A DNA stretch of 28,302 nt from Octopus sinensis (Eukaryota). Location: the NCBI RefSeq assembly GCF_006345805.1, contig NW_021827510.1:1-28302 (forward strand), given 5' to 3'. Positions 21,119-28,302 of the stretch are shown here, piece by piece. Position numbers and translations under genes: made by a program. The notes under the pieces are model-generated. The model was not told the origin of the DNA. It ran no database searches and saw only the letters and a program-made list of their open reading frames with translations. Numbering within the stretch: position 1 is the stretch's first letter; each line of letters starts with the position of its first letter.

Positions 21119-21745
21119 CCTACACGGCAGGGTAACATGAGCTGTAACTACTGAGGACAAGTGTAGGCCTGAAAGAAATGAAGCTAGTATGCTTCACTGG
21201 ATGTGTGATGTTAGTGTGCATGTATGACAGAGTGTCAATGTCCTGAGAGAAGTTGAGCATAAGAGGCATCAGATGTGGTGTGCAAAAGAGAAGACAGTGC
21301 TAGTATGGTCATGTGAAGCATAGGATTGAGGACAGCTGCGTAAAGAAGTGCCAGTCTCTAACTGTGGAGGGAACCTATGGAACAGGTAGACCTAGGAAGA
21401 CATGGGATGAGGTGGTGAAGCATGATCTTTGAACACTGAGCCTGATGAAGGTGATGACAAGTGACTGAGACCTTTGGCAATATGCCGTACTTGAGAAGAC
21501 TCATCAAACCAAGTGAAACTGTAGTTGTGACCAATGCTGGTGTCACATAAAAGCACCCATGCCAGTGACATGTTAAAAGTACCCGTTACACTCTTGGAGT
21601 GGTTGGTATTAGAAGGACATCCAGTCACAGAAACCATGCCAAATCACACTGGAACTTGGTGTAACTCTCCAGCTTATCAGTTCCAGTCAAACCACCTAAT
21701 CCATGCCAGCATGAAAAGTGGATCCTAAATGATAATGATGATCAT
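21119..21745 (+). mobile_element. RTE LINE 3' fragment with 3' UTR and (GAT)n-like tail
   Basis: Homologous to the RTE at 17620-18110 (LHG...EASML.WMC.VSVH; GRPRKTWDEVVKHD), followed by taaaagcacc units and an atgataatgatgatc tail. Confidence 0.82.
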
Positions 21746-22514
21746 GAAGATGAATTACAACAGACATTTGAGAGTGTCTAATTCCCATGTGTCCTCGGAC
21801 AGATTAAATTAATATAAGTCTAATTTTTTTTTAGTCTATTCCCATCATACACTCACTTCTGGCTTCTCCTGATTTATTATTATTATAAATAATAAAAATA
21901 TACCTTTGAAGAACTTTTAAATGTTAATAAGAATTATCTCCCCTGCAAAGTAGCTCTCAATGTTCTGTTATACAATTGATGGTAGCCATGTTTAATTCAT
22001 GGAGATAAAATTACCATGCAGATAAGTTAACATTTCTTTTTACTAAAATTTCTTTTTCCTACTTTTATTCCACATTTCTGGTCCTTATTTAATAAAGTAA
22101 AATTATTCCAACAACTTCTAGTTATATAATTTTAGTTTGTCATGTCTTAATATATGATGTAAATAGCAAAATAAGTTCATATAAGATAGACCTGAAGATT
22201 GGCAATATAACCAGAGACATTCTATTTCAGCAATATCAAGGAATATGTTGTCATGAAATGCACGTAGTCAAGATAATGTAAAGTATATGATTTGTAATAA
22301 GAATTGAAGGTATTAATTTTGATAATTTGGAATAAGAATTGTAGGTATCAATTTTGATAATTTTAATATTTAGTCCTATATAAACATATTGTGGATAATA
22401 TCATTCAATGATGATTGAGTTCCTTGTGGGTGATTCTGTTTCTTAAACCTATCTATATATATACATATATAAATATACATATATATGCATATATATATAT
22501 ATGTACATACATAT

Positions 22515-22562
<48 letters not shown>

Positions 22563-22589
22563 TTTTTTAATATTTTAAATATTTTTAAA

Positions 22590-22975
22590 ATGTTTCAGCT
22601 GCAAAGCTGCAGTCATGCTGGAGCACCACCATTGACTGAGCCACACCATTATTTGAAACCTCCTCTAATATGTGGTATTTGGTCAATGAGGGAGTTCGAT
22701 GCTGCTGCCCTCATCTGTGTTTCCTGAGGTAGGCTTGTCTGGAATCCGTAACAGGAAGTGATCCAGTTTTGGTTTAAAGACATTTACATCCACACCATGC
22801 AGGTCTCTCAAGCATTTTGGAAGAGCTATGGGCCCTTGAAGCCCAAGCTGTTGCAGTATCTGGTCATGTATTTTGATAACGATGCTGGGGATCTTTGGCA
22901 CTATGCAGTGGCACCCCATTCTACAGTTTGAGTAACTTTCAATGCCAAAGTTTGGTACAAAGCCTTCTAGTTTTT
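22590..22975 (-). mobile_element. CR1 3'-terminal fragment
   Basis: KLEGFVPNFGIESY...HCIVPK...DLHGVDVNVFK, plus the 3' stem-loop at 22596-22609. Confidence 0.85.
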
Positions 22976-23924
22976 TGTTGGCAGCAAATAAAATAATGCT
23001 GGCATTTCTTTGAAAAATTTCCAAAAATTACTAAATATCAGGCTAAGAAAAAAAACTGTGCTTGCACGGTGAATCTGAAAAATTATAATACATAAGCACA
23101 GGGCACATGCTGCATTGCCCCGTATTTATATGTTTAATCTTGACGTACCTGTTAATGAAGGTTCCACCTAGCAAATTATCTTATTTGCTAATATAGAGCT
23201 AGAAATCATGGTCCAGGAGATAGATAGTAAATGGTTTTATTTTTCATTCCCTTCAAAATTTATCTCTAATAGTGGTTTGGATTTTGCCTATTACTTCAAG
23301 CGTGCTAGGTATCCTATGATAGTTACCTCTTATGTGTTTAACTGTACACTGTATTCATATACATATATATATATATATATATATACACTCAATATTTGGG
23401 GATTAATCAATATGCAGGTATTCTATTTCAGATAATACAAAAATAACGTAATGAGTATATCTAACAGTAAACTTATGGTATCAGTTTCCACATCACGAAA
23501 TAATACACTTTCTGTGCCCTGTCAGTATTTGCAAAGGGAAACCATCCTTCCCATCTTCAACCTATGATACACACAGACTCAAGTTTCTGGGTATTGACCC
23601 GACATCAGCGTGTGACAATCACGAGTTGTCGATGAAAAGTAGGCCTCCCTTTGCAAATATATATGATTTTTCAAGTCATGAAAAGTCACTGATATCGAAA
23701 GAGTGTAAACAAGCAACAATAAATCTCTGAGCGAGGTATAAACAGTAGCTGCAACACATTGTGAAGTATATTTGCCACTTAAATGTCTATATACATATAG
23801 ATATATATATACACATACATATATCCATATATATATGTATATTTGAGTAGTTGAATGAATTATCCTGTTATGGATAATTCGGTTAACCGATACCTGGGTA
23901 GCAAATTCACATCAGAGAAGACAC

Positions 23925-24015
23925 ATTCCTTCGCAATTAGGAATATGCAGGCTTCGAAACATATGTCGAAAATAAAGGAATTTTGTTAATTCGTCGTTCA
24001 ACTCCATTCTTTCAT
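23925..24015 (+). mobile_element. 3'-terminal fragment of the PLE2 family carrying the 3' half of the hammerhead
   Basis: Near-identical to 14037-14132 (GAAACATATGTC plus the gaaaataaaggaat stem I arm) but lacks CTGATGA. Confidence 0.85.
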
Positions 24016-24364
24016 ATATATATGTACATATATATATGCTAACATACATATATATATATATATATGTATATATATACGCATATATATACACACACATATA
24101 CTTATATACATATACATATATATACACACACACGCACATATACACATATTGTATGTACATATTTTGCATATTCATGTGTTTGCATGTCTGTATTTATATG
24201 CTTTTACATGTGTGTGTGTATATATATATGGTTATGTGTTTCATTTTTCATTTGTGTATGTGAGCTTGTCTTTTCATATAACTTATTTTCCTATCCGTCT
24301 GTACCTTTACTTTCATATCTATAAGCGTAATATGTGCATATACATACATACATACATACATATA

Positions 24365-24405
<41 letters not shown>

Positions 24406-24748
24406 CATATATATATATACACACATATATACATACACACACACGCATATATATATATATATACATATATATACACACACACACACGCATATATATATAT
24501 ATATACATATATATACACATATATATATACACATATATATATATACACACACATATATATATACATATATATATAAACACATATATATACACATATATAT
24601 ATATACACACATATATATACAATATATACACACATATATACATATATATATACACATATATATACATACACACATATATATACATACATATATATATACA
24701 TATATATATACACATATATATACACACACATATTTATACACACACATA
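24016..24748. repeat. Compound (TA)/(CA) microsatellite region
   Basis: Direct inspection; a short non-repetitive stretch lies at about 24230-24330. Confidence 0.85.
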
Positions 24749-24976
24749 TAAACTTATGATATCAGTTTCCACATCACGAAATAATACATAAATATTATTT
24801 CATGATATGCAAACTGATACCATGAGCTTACTGTCAGATATACTCATTACGTTATTTTTGTATTATCTGAAATAGAATACTTGCATATCGATTCATTGCC
24901 AAAAACTGAATATTGACTTTTATCAGATGCTTTGTATATTTATAGATAAATATATAAATATATGATAAAATATATG

Positions 24977-25073
<97 letters not shown>

Positions 25074-25080
25074 TATGGTA

Positions 25081-25290
25081 TTCTTAAAGGGCTACATCTT
25101 ACATAGTTGTGATCTGACGGTGTTCCCTGGCTTTTCAACAATCTTAATATTGAATTTGGTCTCCTTCAGAGCTTTTCTAAATCTACGGGCTAATTCTCCA
25201 TGGGCTGTGGCCTCTACAAACATCACTCCTTGATATTTGTTGGTATTATACCACGTGTTTGCCCTGTTTGCTTTGTCACAACTTCTTTGT
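25081..25290 (-). mobile_element. Retroelement linker fragment, probably from another PLE clade (region preceding GIY-YIG)
   Basis: Hand translation NTWYNTNKYQGVMFVEATAHGELARRFRKALKETKFNIKIVEKPGNTVRSQLCKM*PF resembles the W...VMFV.AT..GEL...IKVVE..G...L...PF linker recalled from PLEs. Confidence 0.55.
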
Positions 25291-25458
25291 ATCCTGTTTC
25301 AGTCTTTGTTTCTATATCTAGGGCAGGTAGCACTGGTATCATTACATACAATGTTATCTAATTTCTTTTTAGAAAGAAATTAGATAACATTACATGTAAT
25401 GATACCAGTAGTACCTGCCCTAGATATAGAAACAAAGACTGAAACAGGATACAAAGAA
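25283..25458. repeat. Hairpin palindrome: 86-bp arms (25283-25368 / 25373-25458), 4-nt loop
   Basis: 82/86 identity by inspection. Confidence 0.93.
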
Positions 25459-25499
25459 TATATATATACACATACACACATATATATATGTGTGTATAT

Positions 25500-25532
<33 letters not shown>

Positions 25533-25614
25533 AAAATTAATAAATAAAACATATGCATATATACATACATATATGTATGTACCTACCTCTACATGTATAT
25601 ATATACATACATAT

Positions 25615-25811
25615 ATGGGTACAGGACACCAAAAAACGTCGAACACAATGAGAAACGAAAACATAAACACAAAACCAAGGAACTGGACATTTTTCTTAAA
25701 CAACGAAAAAATAGAGTACAGGACAAATAACACAAGGAACATTCCCCTTCTTCAGTCACCATGGTTTCATCTACTCTGCGTTTCGAAGGTGAAGGCGATA
25801 CGCATCTTTGA
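25615..25811 (-). mobile_element. Probable PLE-type terminal repeat remnant
   Basis: Shares the atgggtacaggac terminus and carries hammerhead-like words (GAAAC...GTA, CTGAAGA) on the minus strand. Confidence 0.4.
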
Positions 25812-26449
25812 TAGAAACTTTCCTTCCCGCGAAAAGCAAAATAAAATTTGAGATGTTTTTGCGGAGGGGTAAAAATGGTAACAAAAACAGGACAGTAATG
25901 ACAGTACAAAATATAAATAGTAAAGCCAGGACAAGGAGAATAGCAAGACAAGAAGGGCTGTTAAGCTGAACGAGATAAAGTATACGAACGCTATTTTTGA
26001 GAACGGCGAAGGAGCAACCGAAAATGCCATCTACACTTCAAGGAAACCAGGTCAGAAAGACAGTAGCAGAGCTCTCGTCGTGGGTCAACAACAGGAGGGA
26101 GGAGGAGGAGCAAGAGAAAGGGAGAGAAAAAAGGGAATGGTTGTGAAGAAACCAGAAAGAAGGAAGAATGAGACCGTTGTTGACCCGCGACGAGAGCTCT
26201 GCTACTGTCTTTCCGACCTGGTTTCCTTGAAGTGTAGATGGCATTTTCTGTTGCTCCTTCACCGTTCTCAAAAATAGTGTTCGTATACTTTATCTCATTC
26301 GGCTTAACAGCCCTTCTTGTCTTGTCCTGTCTTTTACTGTTTATATTTTGTACTGTCGTTACTGTCCTGTTTTTGTTACCAATTTTACCCCTCTGCAAAA
26401 AGATCTCAAATTTTATTTAATTTGCTTTTCGCGCGAAGGAAAGTTTCTA
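25812..26449. repeat. Long inverted repeat / foldback: about 280-bp arms (25812-26093 / 26175-26449), purine-rich spacer of about 80 bp, TA at both ends
   Basis: Arms align throughout with scattered substitutions and an indel of about 12 bp. Confidence 0.93.
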
Positions 26450-26605
26450 AGATAGAAGAAAAGGAAACGAGAAAGAATGAAGGCTGAGAAAGGGAGGGGA
26501 CAGAAAGGTCAAGAGTGCGCATCATTATTAATATCAAGAACAATCTTACTTAGAAATGGATGCGTGCGTTCCGTCATATAATAAATTAATAAATAAAACA
26601 TATGC

Positions 26606-26638
<33 letters not shown>

Positions 26639-26664
26639 TATGTCTGTGTGTGTATATATATATA

Positions 26665-27112
26665 CGTAAAATACACCAATCCGACCGTACGACAGGCACC
26701 CATGCCAACCCCTTTGCTTTGCGAAGACATGTTGGGGCAAGCGAAAGCGAAAGCGAAATCGAATTGAACCAGCCAGGATCCCTGGTCTGGTGGTACGTAA
26801 AAGCACTATCCGACTCTCGTGGCGATGCCAGCCGCCTCGACCGGCTTCCGTGCCGGTGGCACATAATACACCAATCCGAGCGTGGCCGTTGCCAGCCTCA
26901 CCTGGCACCTGTGCAGGTGGCACGGAAAAAGCACCCACTACACTCACGGAGTGGTTGGCGTTAGGAAGGGCATCCAGCTGTAGAAACATTGCCAGATAAG
27001 ACTGGAGCCTGGTGCAGCCTTCTGGCTTCCCAGATCCCCGGTCGAACCGTCCAACCCATGCTAGCATGGAGAACGGACGTTAAACAATGATGATGATGAT
27101 GATGATGATGAT
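26665..27112 (+). mobile_element. RTE 3' UTR / RTE-tail SINE copy with four AAAGCACC-type units and (GAT)n tail
   Basis: gaagacatgttggggcaagcg matches the RTE ORF end; the element terminates in catggagaacggacgttaaacaatgatgatgat. Confidence 0.8.
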
Positions 27113-28302
27113 ATATGTATGTGTGTGTATATATATATATATATATATACTATATTTAAAGCAGCAGAAAATTCAACAAAATCTGTTACTCTGAGTTTCT
27201 CGTTGCTGTTCATCAGACAGTTTTTGCTAGAATGGAACCGATATACCAATTCAATCTAGACTCTTACAAACGCTACACCTTTAAAAAAAAAATGGACTTG
27301 TTTGATTGGCCCTTTAGAAATAACGGTCAATCATCGAGCGATAAACAAAAAATGAGCTCAAAAATATATGTATATATATATAAAAAAATTATAAAAATTA
27401 TAAAATTCGAGGAAAAAAACCTTACATTGAATAAAATTCATATTGACGTTAATGAAGAAAATATAATTAATGCATAGAAATTAAAACGCATTATAAATAT
27501 TACACTGCAATACATATTCATATTAAAGTGTACATATATATATCAACATACACAGAAGGATGCGTGCAAACGCCATACATATACAGACGTATAAATATAA
27601 ATCTAAAATATACACACAAATGCATGCATACATATATGTACGCAATCTATCTCGCACGCAAGTTAAAATCATCGATGTAGCGTTTCTTATTTACGGAGTA
27701 AAGCTTAAGTAAGGGGGACGTAAAGTTGTATCAGTATCAGTTAGAGAAAAAGGAACGAAGAAGGGGAAAGGAAAAAAGAAAAAGGAGGGGTGAGGAAAAA
27801 AACGAAATAAGAAAAATTATGTATACAAGCTGTGTAACCACGTTATTGACATATATGGAGACAAGTATACAAATACACAAGTTCGAATGGATACATACAT
27901 ATACAGTCGTGTATGTGTGTGCTTAAGCACTAACATACACTCACTTACACATACACAGAGTCGCATGCTTACAAATATATATCCATGGCTATACACATAT
28001 TTACATCAAAATTCTAATTTTTGACAACATTGCTTTTTAAAAAAAGGTGAGTGCAATAATGAAAAATATACGAAAGACATATAAAATATAACACCCTATA
28101 AATTAAAAATCAAGGTAATCCTATACAATACAATAATATGAAATAAACAAAGCCGAAGGTTTTTCCTAATGTATATGTAGAAATATAATCAAAATAAACA
28201 AAATATATGCATGAGACTTTGCTATACGGAATGAAATTTGCATACGCGAAACAAATCCATCGTCGTGTTTACATACTAGTCCAAGAGTCAAAATCAAATT
28301 TC

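Larger units (their letters stand above)
23406..24892. repeat. 100-bp inverted repeat (23406-23505 / 24793-24892) enclosing an insert flanked by a 40-bp direct repeat (23468-23507 / 24749-24788)
   Basis: Inverted arms 92/100 identical; direct repeat 39/40 identical. Confidence 0.9.

Noticed and set aside
21857-21868. Possible 12-nt minus-strand microexon (CAG|GAGAAGCCAGAA|GTGAGT, EKPE)
   Set aside because: The donor is good but the acceptor tract is purine-interrupted and AT-rich. KYAT has no known insertion between GDE and VIII. It needs junction reads to be considered.
25740-25812. Type II or type I hammerhead on the minus strand (GAAAC...GTA...CTGAAGA)
   Set aside because: In type II order stem I does not form; in type I order the CUGANGA core is missing. 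At most a degenerate remnant.
27130-28302. ORFs 27232-27477 and 27726-27926 and a GTGAGT word near 28047
   Set aside because: They are low-complexity AT-rich frames with no recognisable homology or matching acceptor.

Overview
Repeat-dominated eukaryotic intronic DNA. The (TA)n/(CA)n density and the SINE/LINE families look like an octopus (coleoid cephalopod) genome; this is an inference from family recognition. The only host coding sequence found is one 87-nt minus-strand exon of a kynurenine aminotransferase (KYAT1/3-like, 19257-19343). Everything else is mobile DNA or repeats. (1) An apparently full-length CR1-group LINE (minus, about 6456-12170) has a broken APE-RT ORF2, an intact ORF1 combining a Myb/SANT-like trihelix with a CCCH finger, and a 1.7-kb higher-order tandem array at its 5' end. 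(2) Two 5'-truncated Penelope-like (GIY-YIG) elements each end in a type I hammerhead ribozyme with the palindromic stem III ACATATGT; a third half-hammerhead lies at 23925-24015. (3) There are further CR1, RTE, mariner and SINE fragments and four long inverted repeats. Best leads: the Myb/SANT+CCCH ORF1 with its 5' palindrome-rich array, the 43-bp antisense copy of a hammerhead arm at the 5' end of the second Penelope-like element, CR1 snippets capping both Penelope-like elements, and the near-perfect intronic hairpins. All alignments were done by eye; no database searches were run.
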